From: Schmidtea nova
Lineage: Eukaryota
Direction: 5' to 3'
Assembly: GCA_044892505.1 (NCBI GenBank)
Contig: CM097883.1
Coordinates: 228,966,001-229,030,000, forward strand
Length of the DNA stretch: 64,000 nucleotides
Positions 1-15,500 of this stretch are shown piece after piece. The notes under the pieces are model-generated. The model saw only the letters and a program-made list of their open reading frames with translations. It did no database searches and was not told the DNA's origin. Position numbers and translations under genes: made by a program. Each line of letters starts with the position of its first letter. Positions within the stretch are counted from its first letter, which is position 1.

Positions 1-974
1 CATACATTGAAATGGATATGCATGGGCAGCCGCACACTGGGGCAAGATAAGGTACTTAACCGCCCCTGGGAAATTAAAAACCAAATCCTTCTCACAAAAA
101 CAATAATACAAAGTGCAACTTATTCATAAAAATTCAAAACATGCTATCACAAAATTCCCGTATCACCGTTACAACTGTTTATTTAAAGTGAACTTACATT
201 ATTTTATCGGAACATAATTACGCCACATAAGATAAATTTCGCTAAATTTTAAGTGCAAATGATTTTGAAAATCTTATTTTTGGTATTTCAAAATTATTTA
301 TCGATCTTAAAGATGCAATAAACAAGTCAGGAATCAAGATTAATTTTGAGAATCCCTAAAATTAATTGGTGTTTTGCTATCTTGTCAAAATTTCTGCTGG
401 CGCCCATGTCGATATAGCTACTTTAGCAAACAAAGTCAAACTATCAGAGTTCTAATTAAAAGAAAATTAACAATTATTGTCTTGTTTAGTGTTTTAATAA
501 TAACTTTGATAAGAACCATGACTTTGGTTTGCTTTGTTTTTATCATTTTGAATAAGTCTGCTTTTTTAATGGAGCTTACAGTTTTTCTAAGATTTGTCAA
601 TCCTGACCTGGAATGGCAGATATTTGGAATTAGCTGGGTAAAGTGAAAAAGTTAAGATGTTGAACAATTTGTGATATTATTGTAACAGAATGGATGAATT
701 TCATTGCGCCCTGCCTTCCTTTGTTCAAAACACTTTTATAATTAAACTTATATGCAATCATTAAAACCTTTTCAAATATAGGTAAAAATAATTTTCCCAT
801 TCTAAACATTTTCCAGAAAATATATATTTTTATAATTGGATTTATTGGATAGATTCCAGTATATTTTACTATCTTGGAATATTAAAAATATAAATAAAAA
901 AATAATTTAAATCAATAAATAATTGTTAAAAATTAATTTGAATTTTATTTATTACAAAAACAATAAATTCATAC

Positions 975-1184
975 CCATATTTGCAATTTTATTCTTTTAT
1001 CATCTTTATATACTGTTTTCACCTTAAAATCAATGCCTACAGTAGATACAAACGCAGACGTAAAACTATCATCCGCATATCGGAATAAAAATGAAGTTTT
1101 CCCAACTGACGAATTTCCAATAATTAAAATTTTAAACATATAATCGAAATTTTGATCTGAACCAGCGTCCTTTGTAGATCCCAT
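975..1184 (-). CDS. Rab3: Rab3 small GTPase, first coding exon (rest of gene lies left of the window)
   Basis: Translates [70 protein letters not shown], the Rab3 signature. Ends at a phase-0 GTATGA donor after W, where DTAGQE would follow. Confidence 0.92.
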
Positions 1185-1532
1185 TGTGCTAATAAAAAAC
1201 AAAAGAATTGAAATCAATATTTCTTCAAGAATTAGTTTGAAGTTATTTTACTTGCTTTCTTAATTTTGGAATCGTCGTATTAAATCTGTCAAAGAATAGA
1301 TAAACTAAGTACAACTCTCATTTCGACAGTGTAAGTAAATGTATTTCTACTAAATTGAGTGTGTAAATACGATTATTGTATGTATTGCATCATGTGTGCA
1401 TCAATTTCATTTGAAGGAACAGGCTGCTCATTCAGTCATTTTCAAAGGCACACAATTTAGTTACAATCAGAGAAACAATAAATTTCCTAACCTATAATTT
1501 TGTAACAGACAATCTGTATTATCATCCCATTT

Positions 1533-4500
1533 ATGCGATTGCTTCCGTAAGAATTCAAATTTTTCATGGGAAAAAATTACATATATCCTAGAATAAAATG
1601 CTATTTATCTAATATTGCATAAACATATTTATTAATAAATATGACTAATTTAGACTAACAGTTTTAGCTACTGTAAATAGAATAAATTAAATAATTGACT
1701 ATTTTTAATAAAATACTTTTGTTTAAATAATATCTAAATTCAAATTTAAAATATGTAAGAAAATTTTTCAGTCTTAATATTTTATAATATATACTTAGGA
1801 AACCTAAACGAAAATCAAAATGGAATTTCGAGGATATCAATTGGGAAGAATTTATGTCTCAGCAGTTCTTGTCTATCTATAACTTAGACAAGAAACCTTG
1901 CCAAATGAATAGTTGCAAGTAATTTATTTTCATAGCTTCTCATAAATTAGACTATGTCTAGAAAGAATTGCAGTGACAATCTGTATTGTATTAATAAATT
2001 AGGTGAAACAAAATGGTTAAATAACAAAACTCCAAGGAACAGTGATAATAAAGAAGATAATAATAATATTTTAAATTCAGACACAGTTGACAACTTATTT
2101 TTACATATATTATTTTAATATACATTTGTTAATTTTCATAGAATTTTGCTGCTGGCTTGAAAAATTATGGAAATACTTGTTATTTTAATTCTTTGCTGCA
2201 GGTTTATTTCAACATTGTTGAACTGAAAGAGGCTATATTTAGATTTCCCGTTGAAGGTTACTAATAATATCCCACTAAATTGGAAATTAATAACTCATTA
2301 TTATAATAGATATTCCTGATGAGATAATTACGTATTTGCAAACGATATTTGCACAAATGCAATTATCAGTTCACAAGTAACTACTGATAATATTTGTTAG
2401 AACAAATAGAATATCTTACTATCATTGTTTTTAGAATGGTTGATCCTGTAGAACTGATTAACGCGCTAGAACTACCACAACTAGAGCAACAGGTGACATT
2501 TATTGTAATTTCATTCATTAAATTGGATTTTATTTACACAATATTACACTTAATAAAACCACATATTCAATATAATATAGAAAAACGCACTTTCTTAAAC
2601 TACAAAAACAAAACTGTTAAAAATACATGTACATTTTCAACGGCTGTAACCGTTACAGACCGGTTAAACATAACTTATTTAGATGTTATTAAAAATGGCT
2701 GTTATCAGCGGATATTCTACATCCACCTGCAATAGAGCTGTATATAATAGGTGTAACGCGACGTATATTATTAATAATTAAAGACTTTCAGTGTGATTAC
2801 ATTTTATGTGTATTCTGTACGAAACATTTGGAAAATGTTTCGTGGTTAACCCTTTCACTGCTTAAACCATATATAAACGTAAAATAAAAGTGTTGCTACC
2901 GTGTTTTTAAATTGTTCCATGCTGAAAACGACCATCCACACTAGGTACCCTAACAAGTCAAGTACCTACATGCAATGTTAAAGAGGCAATGTTGCACTTT
3001 ATGTATGGGAAAATTGGAATTAACGAATTAACTCTCAATCACTGAAATATTTACGCACAGCAAGCACGAAATCTCAAAGTGTATTGCTCAGTGAAAGGGT
3101 TAATAATAAATTAAATATTGAATTATTAATCGGAAAAAATGGTGATAAATAAAACTGCAACTGAAAACAAATCTTAAAATATTTCTTAAACAAATGCCAT
3201 CTCAGCTGTAATATTTAGGAAAGATGAGGCAACTGGACATTATTACTTTTTCTTACTACTTTCACTTTACTGAAGCCAATGAAAATGGTACACATTATCA
3301 TACATACCCGGCCTACCAAAAGTCTCCAGTCAGGCAGTTATTAACATATTGCAGTTTATAATGAACATCTGCAGTTAAAATATGAACATCAATGAAAACA
3401 AAAGTCACCAACACCTTCAACATGCGCACATGTACACACGCACCCACACGGAATATGACTACTCACATCAGACACACAACAGTGATAACAGTGAGTCATG
3501 TTAATGAAGGATTGTCACTTTCTTAGAATATGGCTACTCAGAGAGCTTACAGACTCTCAGAAAGGCATTATTTATGGATGTTACCTTTGTGGAAAAAGTC
3601 AGAGTAAAACTGCTGCATTGACTGGCCATTTCAAAAGAACTATTAACTACTTCTTGACGAAGTACCGCCAGGAGCAGACACATGTCAACAAGCAACGTTC
3701 ACGCCGCCCTAAACTTCTGAGTATCCATACACAACGGCACTGAAACGACATGTGGTGGCTCATCGTCGATTCCTCTGTCCAAGTTAGTGTCAACATTTAA
3801 CACTGGCCCTGTGCATGCCAGCATGTTCACCATTCGTCGCGAATTACATTTTCATGGTTTCTATGGCAAATACTACGCAAGGAAGCCTTTGATTAAAGAA
3901 ACAATTCGTCGTCGTCGATTTCGCACAAGGATTCCCATTGCCAGTAACGCCTCCGAGCTGAAAACACATCTTCATGATGAATGGTCACACATCTCCCCTG
4001 ATTTACTGGTAAACGTGGTCGATACGATTGCGTCTTGTTATCCAGATGAAAGGTAATATACCGAAGTACTAACTCTCTCAGCACTACAAACATTCAGTAT
4101 TCGTGTGTGTTTGTGACATTTGTTCCCATTGCTGTTCATTATAAACTGTAATATGTAAATAACTGCCTGACTGGAGACTTTTGGTAGGCCGGGGTATTTT
4201 AATGGAATAGGAGCATTTTGCACACTTTTGCGTAGAACTTTGTTGAGATGTTCTATATAAGGTGTTGTCAGGTGTGTCTAACTCAAAGGGTAATGTAGAC
4301 GTGTTATGGAAGTGGCACCATCAAATATTATACCAGTCACTGCATATGTAGTGATTATTTAATGATTCAAAATATAAAGATTTGCAGGTTTTTAAACTAA
4401 ACTTTATCGATTTTATAATTTTTAAGTAACCATTTCAAAATTACAAGGATTCGCAAATATTTGATATTATATTAAACAGTTTTAGAATTTCTTTTATCAC

Positions 4501-6517
4501 TCTTGTAACGTATAGGATGCTCCGGAATTTCATAGTTTATTTATGAATTTGGTAGACCAACGATTTTCTTTAATCGATGATAATGTTATCAAAAGCCTTA
4601 TTAGTGGAACATTCAGATATTTGACAAGGTTTAATTGATTTTTGCTTTTTATTATTTTAATTGGCTTCGATTGATAGATGCAAGGGTTGTGGTTATGAGT
4701 CACAAATGAATTGTCAGTTTAGGGAAATAGATTTGAAACCCATGCTGTCTTTCGATCAAGCACTGCTAGATTTTTTGAAGGTAATACATTACATTTATTT
4801 ATCATTATTGCTATTATTATTAATATTATTGTTATTATTAATATTATTATTATTAACCGCAACTTATTTGTCGGTGGAATCATTCGGTAAATCAAAAGAC
4901 ATAAAATTTTAATCCAATTTTTATTTCACTACAATAAATTGTTTATTTATTTTAAATTGTCTTCACTTTCAATTATTTAAACAAACTTTTTTAATCAAAT
5001 GATCAAAATAACAATTCAATAAATTTCATTTAATTTTTTCAAAATAGAAATTTCTTAAATGACAATAAAAATTTTATAAAAATTTCACAAATTTTTATAA
5101 ATTTCCACTTATTTCCGAATTGCCATTTTAANNNNNNNNNNNNNNNNNNNNNNNNNNNNNNNNNNNNNNNNNNNNNNNNNNNNNNNNNNNNNNNNNNNNN
5201 NNNNNNNNNNNNNNNNNNNNNNNNNNNNNNNNNNNNNNNNNNNNNNNNNNNNNNNNNNNNNNNNNNNNNNNNNNNNNNNNNNNNNNNNNNNNNNNNNNNN
5301 NNNNNNNNNNNNNNNNNNNNNNNNNNNNNNNNNNNNNNNNNNNNCTTTGATCTTTTTTATTATTATTATTATCAATAATTCTCATAATGACTAGATCAAA
5401 AATTTTTTTTATAAACAATAACACAATATTTCGGCTCAGCCTTTATCAAGTGTGTATACCCACTTGATAAAGGATGTGCCGAAATATTGTGTTATTGTTT
5501 ATAAAAAATTTTTTGATAATAATATATATATAAATATATATATTATTATAATATTGTGTACTTATTTAAAGAAATTTTGACCTATAGTCATCCATTATGG
5601 GAATTATTGATATTAATAATAAAAAAGATCAAAGGTNNNNNNNNNNNNNNNNNNNNNNNNNNNNNNNNNNNNNNNNNNNNNNNNNNNNNNNNNNNNNNNN
5701 NNNNNNNNNNNNNNNNNNNNNNNNNNNNNNNNNNNNNNNNNNNNNNNNNNNNNNNNNNNNNNNNNNNNNNNNNNNNNNNNNNNNNNNNNNNNNNNNNNNN
5801 NNNNNNNNNNNNNNNNNNNNNNNNNNNNNNNNNNNNNNNNNNNNNNNNNNNNNNNNNNNNNNNNNNNNNNNNNNNNNNNNNAATTCTCATAATGACTATA
5901 GATCAAAATTTTTTTTTATAAACAATAACACAATATTTCGGCACAGCCTTTATCAAGTGTGTATTTCTATCGTTATATTTACTTAATCCTAAATAGTAGT
6001 CTTAATTATTTTTTTAATATTTTATAATGATTTTATTGGATGAAAAAATTTATTTTAATTTTTTTGTGCGAATTGAATGTTGATGGACAGTTTGTATTTT
6101 TTTATGAAAAAAGTCTCGGAAGCTAATCTTTGTAATGAATTTTTTAATCCCTCTTGTAGAATCTGGCATTTTGTTTCTTCTATAGATGGAGTTGTTTTAT
6201 GTACTTTCTCCCAGTGTTCGTAATAATTACTGGTTTTGATTTTAGTGTGTTCATTAAGTCGGGTGCGAAAAGTTCTATGTGTTTCTCCTATGTAAGTAGC
6301 GTCACATCTTTGGCAAGAAAGTTTATATACTATATTTTTGGAAAAGCAAAAGCATCGGGTTGTGGAACGGCAAAGACATTTATGTTTGGAGATGTTGGAA
6401 ATTGGTGGCTTTCGGAGTTGTGATTTTAACGGTGCGGAGGTTATGAACGTTGGACGGATGTGGATAGGCAAATCTGTTTGATTAAAAATGTTGGTGATTT
6501 TGTTGGCTGTAGTGTAA

Positions 6518-6584
<67 letters not shown>

Positions 6585-9500
6585 ATTAACATTAACATTA
6601 TTATTATTATATCATTATTATTATTATTATATTATTATTATTATTATTATTATTATATTATTATTATTATTATTATTATTATTATCAATAATTCTCATAA
6701 TGACTATAGATCAAATTTTTTTTTATAAAATCTCTTTTTTTATAAAATCTTTTTTTTTAGTCATTATGAGAATTATTGATAATAATAATAAAAAAAGATC
6801 AAAGGTNNNNNNNNNNNNNNNNNNNNNNNNNNNNNNNNNNNNNNNNNNNNNNNNNNNNNNNNNNNNNNNNNNNNNNNNNNNNNNNNNNNNNNNNNNNNNN
6901 NNNNNNNNNNNNNNNNNNNNNNNNNNNNNNNNNNNNNNNNNNNNNNNNNNNNNNNNNNNNNNATCTTATTATTATAAATGCTGCAACCTAGAAACTGATA
7001 TTTTATACTTTCGACACTTTGTATTTACGGAATATACACAAATTGATAATCGTCAATTTCCACTCAATAAAACTTGCAGCAATCGCTATTCTTACTATTT
7101 ATTTTTTATTTGATGTTATTATAATTATAATTATTTATTATTTATTTTTTTTCTATTTATTATTATTTTTAACTGTTATTATTTTATTCATTTTAGATAG
7201 AACTTCTTACAGATGACAATAAGTATGATTGTTCTTGTTGTATGCATAAATGTGACGGTGAGCGACAAACGGTTTTACAAACCTTGCCACCGTTGCTATG
7301 CTTTCAGTTTTTGAGATATTCATACGACACTTCTGGAACGAAAAAGAAAAACTGTTGCAACGTTGGATTTCCTTCACATTTGTCCATGGAAAATTATGTA
7401 TATAATGGAAAAAATGGTTAATATTTTTAATTAAATTTATTAATTTTTTATTGATCATTTGGCTGAAAATTTCACAAAAATATTGATTTTTTAAGATATA
7501 TTAAAGTCAATTTATATTAAATATTGGTAATTTCTTGTCATATATTTTTATCCTTTGCTTTATTCATTATTTACTAAGCTTGTAGAACCAAATTTGATAT
7601 TAAAAGATTCCCCGATTCCTTTGCAGTTAAAATCAATTGGCATAATTAAAATTAAAGTTCAGCGTAAAAATATATTCTACTAATATTATGGTAAAATTTT
7701 TTTTGAGATGAGTTTGTGCTACTTTGTCGTTATTGGACTAAAATTCATCTCTTTCGAGCAACATCTCGCGGACCCCACTTTGAGAATATAAAATAATAAA
7801 TTTATAGAGTGATGTTCTGGAACTCGAGAAGGAATGAGAACCAAATATCAAGAAATTAGAGTATAATAACAAATTAAAGTAAAGGAAGGTCATTACTAAT
7901 TAAGAAGTGAAAAAACGCAAAAATAATTCCAAAATTATAAACATAAACAAGAGAAAAGTTCAAATCTTGACAGCTTATCAGATATAACGAAAATGTAACG
8001 GGAAACATCAAAAAGAGAATAGTGAAAACTGATTATATCTCGACAGCTGAAAGAGATAGTAGGGAACCATAATGAGAGGTGGGCTGTGGGCAAGAAGCAG
8101 TATTAATCTTGTGTTCTAGAGAATGATAGACTATAAAGTTAGAAACCACAAGAGATGAATTAGAATTTAGATTAAGGATATTAACAATTAGAAAAGTTAG
8201 ATTGGATAAATTAAAATTAGCGGTAGAGGAAACTGATTTAACTTGTAATCAAAAGAAAATTTTGGGAGATTAAATTAAACGTAGCAAAACAAGAATAATA
8301 GAATAAGGAATGAGTCGAAGTCTATTTATTATAAGTCAAAACAAGAGAACAGTCAGATCGATTAACCAATTGTGGAATCCAAGTCAGTAGTCAGTGATCG
8401 TAAATTTTAGGTATTATACACTAGTGCTATTCTTCACGAAGTGCTGCTATTAGCACTGTATAGTAACATGTTATGATATTTTTTTCATACGGACTCTATC
8501 AGATATTAATATTGTCATTAGGATATTAAAGTTATCTTATAATTATGTATTTTAATTGATATTTCATCCACCATGTGTTTTTTGAGGGTTTAAAGCTGGG
8601 TAAATCACGTGATCTACTGGCACATTTTATTTATTATTAATCAGGAAAATTATATCTTATTGATTATTATCGTGTATATCTCACGATATAAGACACAGGA
8701 AAATTTTCAATATCATATCTCAACTTGAGGATTTCCAAAAGATTACGTTACATTCCTGTCATTAAAGTTTAGAAGAAAGTGTATGACATCTGAAAACTGA
8801 AAATCAACAAATTAAATAAAACTTGTTTTTATTAATGATACAATGATATTGCAGCATGAAATTCATCATGATCAGATTCTATAGACGACTGTTCAGCTTG
8901 TTTTGGAGTAACTGCGTTATCATACATTTCATCAAGATCTTCATTCTCTAGTATTTTTCAAACTTGATTAGTTCGCAACACCTTCAGGGGTATGGCAATT
9001 ATACTAAAATTGAAAGTTTCTAAATCCTTAAACAGTTTATACGTTTTATATAACTTTTACATTGACCTTTAATGGAATTCATGTACTTGATGTCAAAACT
9101 TGATTCTAACGACTACAGTCACTCTCATAGAAACCCATTTTTTTCTGGATGACCAATTCACAGTTGATTTTTGTTTTTAATTCCGGTAATACAAAAAATT
9201 TGCTACAAAATTAATGATTTTAATTATTTTGAATTGAAAGTGCTAAAATCTTGAACAACTAGGGATACCCACTCTGAGAAACACTTTCCTATATCTTTTT
9301 ACATTTGAGTTGCATCTTCCCAAAGAAGATCATTTTCGGTGAATATTAATACAAATTAAAAAAAAAATTATTTTGCTATAGTCACGAGTATAAGTCGCAG
9401 GCGTTTACGAAGTAGAGATTTGTAACTCCGTATATTTTTACTGGCCACCATCACAACAGTCTAGATCAGCGGTCGGGGAACTTTTTTAACCATTATCCCA

Positions 9501-12500
9501 AAATATTTTTGCGTAAGTCGATATTATCCCCTCATTCTGAAAAGAAAACAATCAATGTAAATTTTAAATAAACATTATTTATTAATTTACATTTACATAT
9601 TTATAAACAAAATTTACATGAAAATAGTAAGTATGTAATATAAAGTCTATATTTCATACTTACTATTTTCATTTTTACCCCATTTGGGGTAATTTACCCC
9701 TGTTCCCCGACCGCTGGTCTAGAATCCTATTTGTATGCTAATTTTTAATGCTTCAATATCTTATTTAACATAACTGTGTATTAAATCAGTAACAATCTTT
9801 GTAAAAGTATAGTTTAACTTTTTTTTCTACATGAAAATTCATAATAATCCATCACAATGGGCTTATATATGCATTATCAAATTTTTCTTTTATTTGTCAT
9901 TTCACTATTTGCTGTGAATTCGCTTTCATGCCTTATAGAGAATCGGAATTATGTGTTACAATGAATTAATATATTGAACCATTTTGTTAGTTGTCATTTG
10001 AGTGTATTCATAAATCGGTTGTTAATTTTATCTCTAAAATTCATTAATTTCAAAGTGTTTAACTCATGAAAATTAAACGAATTTACGTACTAAATTTTTG
10101 AATTATTAAGCTAAAATTTATTATTGATTCTTAAAAATTTGCTCCAGATGACAAAACCAATGAATACATTATAAAGGCGGTTTTAATCCACATTGGACTT
10201 CAGCCAACAAGTGGACATTATCAAACCCTTATTCATACCTCTAATCAAGATTGGATACTTTATGATGATCTCAATGTCTCTTTGTCGACCGATATTTTTT
10301 TCTAATAATTGAAATTTTATTTCAGGTTCAAAAATTAGAAAATATTGAAGACGTTAAAAAAATACTTGGACAGAAAAAAGCCATTGTAAATAAATTTGAC
10401 ATTTTTGTCAATAAAAAGAATGGTAAAGAACAGAAAAATATCAATTTTATTTCATCAAATGCATACATGGTGTTTTATGAAAGGGAAGATGTCTTCAAAA
10501 ATCATTCCAGTAATTTTTTGATATTTTAACTGTCCTATATCGATATTGTATATAAAATGTAATTTTGGGAATTAAAATGCTAAATATTAAGCTGGTGCAA
10601 AATTAATGCAGGTTTTTTTCTATAAACTTTGAAACGCTGTAACTTGGTTAATGCTGAACTTTATTAGTAAAAATAAGAACAATTAAATTTGATAGACTTT
10701 CCCCAGTAAGATAAAAGTTTGTTTATCCTGTTAACTTAAAAATACTGGCTTCGCGAGTAACAAACTCTCGGAAAGGTTTGCGGTAGAGTCTTATCTTTTC
10801 GTCGATTTCATGACAATACTTGGCTGATGTTATGGCTTCGTCTGGATTGAGAAAGCTACAGTGGATAATACCGGTAGCAGACCACCAAACAGTCATTATG
10901 GCCTTCTTTTAATGAAATTTCGGTTATGAATAGTGTTTCGGCGCCTTCTGTTATCGTAAACAATCCATATTTCATCACACATTGGTATACGTTTGAGAAA
11001 TGGGTTGGTATTGTTGAGTTATTGAAGTAAGACACAGACCTTGTATTGGTGATTCCTTGGATTCTCGTTCAATTCATATGGCACTCACTTGTTGATCTTC
11101 TTCACCTATGCAATTTGTTTCAAATGACGAGCGATGGTGCAATGATTAACGCCGACTTCACCCGCTACTTCACACGTTAATTACAGTAGGTCAGCTTCAT
11201 GTCCTTGAATTGGTCGTCGGAAACAAAATTCCTTGTCTTCAAGGTTGATTTTTTCTATTCGGAATTTTTAAAAACCAACTAATGACTGTGCACACATTTA
11301 CACTAACCTAGCCCCAAACTTGGTTGATATTTTTGGGCAGTTTGAGCTACACTACGTCGTAATAACAATTTTGGTGAAAATTCAGTTTTGACGTAATTTT
11401 AATAAATTAGTAAATAAAAAAATAATTTTAATAAAATTTAATGATAGATCTAATAATAATAATGATAAATTACGCCTTAAATCGATATGTATTTTTTTTA
11501 TTTGATGAAAATTCGTATTTAACATAAAACAAATTCTTTCCAATTGACTTATCAATTCTTTCTGAATATTTTTCTTATGAATTCCAGAATTTAGGAGAAG
11601 GAAAATACTCAGATTGATATGATAAGGCAATTAGAAAGAATTTCGTATTTTAGTGTTCAGGATCATGTTAAGTTCACCTTACTATTAATGTTAAACTTAG
11701 ACATACACGAAAACTAATATTTTTGTGTGTAAGTTTAAAATTAATACTTTTATAATAAATCTCATTGATAATATATATATTATTCCCCATCTACAAACAT
11801 TGAAAAAAATAAAGATTTTATAAGGAATTCGGTATTAGACAAATAAGCAGTAGTTTTTTAATTTAAATTTGTTGCAACGAAAAAAGTAGAAACCACCTTG
11901 GAATTTGAGATTTTATTTGCTAAAATAGTTCTGAATTTCATTTTTGCAAAACCTCTAATGATTTTCTGCTTATTTTTTTTGAAAAATATAAATAATTCCC
12001 CAAGTACAAATAGAAGAAGAGAAAAAGAAGTGAGAATAGATGAAAAAATAAATATAAAAAAATAAATATAAATTTAACATATAATTTGCCTACAGATTTT
12101 ATAGTTCTAAATAATTTAAATTATTATTTTGAGAATAAAACTTATCTTAAGAAAGAAATGAGTAATATTATATTTTTAGTAATTAAAAAGTAGTTAATGA
12201 TAAATGGTGACAGTATTCAAGGTAAGCTAGATTCGACCAAAAAATTATCACGGAAGTAAAACAAATTTTTGAAATACCGTAAAAGTTTCCAAAAACACAA
12301 GATTGAAAAAGATGTAAAAGTACCGTAAAAGTTTCCAAAAACACAAGATTGAAAAAGATGTAATAAGTTCATTTTTTAAGAGGAATGAAATATATAAACC
12401 CTTCTGTTTTAGATCTATTTATAACAGAAATTTGTAAATCCTGTACAAATTCTACTTACATATTTTGTTATTTATTACCAAGATTTAATATTTTTTTATT

Positions 12501-15500
12501 TTTAATAATATATTGATTTAAAATATATAATTGGATTGATTTAAATTTTAAATTACATCCGTGTTTTGCCTATTAGCAATATGATTATTATTATGATGCG
12601 ACATTTGTAATAAAAGAAATTTTTCCAAAATGAAATTTATTTGAATTATTACAGTAATATGAAATATATTAAAATGTCAAATGATAAAGTATGATTATTT
12701 TCTGTGATAAAAAACTTTTTTAAATGAAACAATTGAGATATTTTGTTGAAGTTAAAGAACAGAAATATTGTATACGAAATTTGTTCGCAAAATATTTGTC
12801 TCATCATTGAGCAGAATACTGCTGATGTTGCACTGCCTCTAACAACGAGAAATTATCGAGATAATAGTGAAAGAATTATACAATTTATGATTCATTATAA
12901 AAATGGACATATTATGCAGTCTGATGTATTAACTATAATTTGGGACTTTAATAAAAATGAAACTATTTTTAATTATTAATCTAGTCCATATTATGGACTT
13001 TTATTCCTGATAAGTTATATTTACGTTTGAACTTATAAAATCTTTATTTTCTATGATGGCTGGAAATATCAACACAGTTCTAGGAAATTGCATCCAGTTT
13101 TTTACGTTCAAAGACAAAATGTTGATTATTATATGAATTTTTCTAAAATGTTTACAAATTAATTATTTTAAAAATTTCTTTAGTCAGGTGCTTTATTTTT
13201 TCCGAGAATTGAAGCTTTATTTATAATTTTCATTCGAATAATAATATTAATACAAAAAATATTAGCAATATATGAAAAGGAAATTTTTAATGATAATTGC
13301 CTTACTAAGTTTGATGTTGACACTGATAATATATTGTAATAAAATTGTACTCCACCTGGAAACGATGTAAGAAACTTTATTACATAATGAAAAGGTCATC
13401 TTAAAATAATCCAGCAAAATTTTATGGAAACGCTACCAAACGGGTAAATCAAGAAATATTTTTCAATAGACCAGCGAAATGAATAGATGAAGACCATAAT
13501 TACCAAGAAGTTTGAAAGATTTGGAAATTCATTCGCCATATAATACCACAGAAACATTTAATTTGATTATTATTTAAGAGATTATAGACGAATTTTAATG
13601 TAGCAGCAGCACAATTTTTGGGGATACAATGTTTTGACATTCTGTTTGGAAGTTCGTCATGTCTAATATCGTAGAACATCTGCTTCGCCAAAATTTGAAC
13701 CTGTTTTTATAATATTTATGAATTAGTTCTAAATAGAAAACAAAGAACTAAAAAATTGAATATTGAAATATAAAGAATTACAAGATCGATGAAGAAAAAA
13801 CATTTTACCACAGATCTAAGTAGAGAAAATTGTTGTCATATATAAACGACAGACCTAGCAAATCTGTCTTTTAATGAGAAACTTAAATTATGTTTCACAT
13901 CATAAGAACAGGACAAAGATGTATAAGCACAAAAATAAATCGTTGTATTTGTAACTTAATAAATATAATTTTTAATAAATAAATAATAATAATACGTTAT
14001 CACCGTACATAAATTTACATAGATCAAAAATCACATTGGACATAAATACTGTTGTCTATTGATTCATTTGCACCCAAAATTTCAATATACATTGCGCTTG
14101 GATGATTCTCAAATCATATACAGTGGAACCTAGGTATACGTCCTTAATCCGTTCCAGATCATTAGACTTATACCAAATATGCCTATACCAAACGTATTTT
14201 TCTCATAAGAAATAAAGGGAAAATGATTAATCCATTCCCACGAAAAAAATCATATTTTATTGGCATATTATACATTGTCGTGGTTGTATAAAATAATTTA
14301 AACACTGCTTAGTACTAACATAGATAAATGTGGAATTCGGATTAAAATAATGATAAATTTAAACAAAAGTTTAATTAAATTTATAATACATAATTGAATA
14401 CATATAACAAAATAAAGATAACATGACGCCTTTATCGTCTCACTGTCATACGCGCTCTGGTGACAGGCATGGCCTTGTACAGTGGAATTTCAAACAGGGG
14501 TGTTCGAACTCACATCCACAGGGGTGTCTGAGCCTACATAAATAAAATAGCTTAGGTGAAATAAATGAACAATCTTTTTTTCACCTCTATTATGATCCTA
14601 ACCATTTTCTTCATTGCTTGGCTCTTCTTATCAATTTTCTTAGAACTCATAATTAAAGAATTTATTAAAAATTTTCAAGAAAAATTACAAGATCAGGTAA
14701 AAATTCACAGTTATTGTGCAAGTCGTTCACTGTAGGGTAGCAACTGCGATACGGACACGCATGACAGGTAAAACAAAAGTATCGCGCGGTGTTGTGACTC
14801 ATTTTAACTAACAAGTTAACACGCACACGAATCGTATACCAAGCAAAATGTTTCGCGCCCAAGCAGGACGTATACCAAGTTGGACTTATTCCAAAGCAGG
14901 CGTATACCGAGGTTACACTGTATATATTGCGCTATTTTGTCAATGATCATTTTGTGTATCATTATATCCTCATAAGAATTACCTTTGATAAATAAATATA
15001 AATATATATATTATCATAATTATCTTTTTTCACCTTTGATCTTTTTTTATTATTATTATCAATAATTTTCATAATGACTATAGATCAAAATTTTTTTTTA
15101 TAAACAATAACACAATATTTCGGCACAGCCTTTGTCAATACACACTTGATAAAGGCTGTGCCGAAATATTGTGTTATTGTTTATAAAAAAAAATTTTGAT
15201 CTATAGTCATNNNNNNNNNNNNNNNNNNNNNNNNNNNNNNNNNNNNNNNNNNNNNNNNNNNNNNNNNNNNNNNNNNNNNNNNNNNNNNNNNNNNNNNNNN
15301 NNNNNNNNNNNNNNNNNNNNNNNNNNNNNNNNNNNNNNNTTATTTAGCCATTAATAATTCTGTGGAAGTGCCTTCACATCTTAAAGGAAATATTCAAATG
15401 ACAAATGAATCGTACCTGACCGAACTAGAAAATCAGCGTCTAGAAAAAGTTATCCACAAAAAAATGTTACCATTTAATGTCATTTCAGGTGAAAAATCAA

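Larger units (their letters stand above)
5882..6516 (-). mobile_element. 5'-truncated Penelope-like retroelement (GIY-YIG endonuclease plus pLTR)
   Basis: ORF 6055-6471 contains NIVYKLSCQRCDATYIGETHRTFRTRLNEH. It is followed about 90 nt downstream by a terminal repeat with a hammerhead-like core, and its 5' end abuts an (ATT)n tract. Confidence 0.88.
5132..15339. other. Four assembly gaps (5132-5344, 5637-5881, 6807-6963, 15211-15339)
   Basis: Runs of N, each abutting an arm of the pLTR palindrome family. Confidence 0.95.

Noticed and set aside
1-974. Rab3 exon 2, or a gene from the 374-646 ORF
   Set aside because: No DTAGQERYRTITTAYYRG frame found on the minus strand, and the + strand ORF has no recognisable motifs.
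5109-7113. ORFs with X runs or poly-L/I/Y
   Set aside because: They arise from N gaps and the (ATT)n microsatellite.
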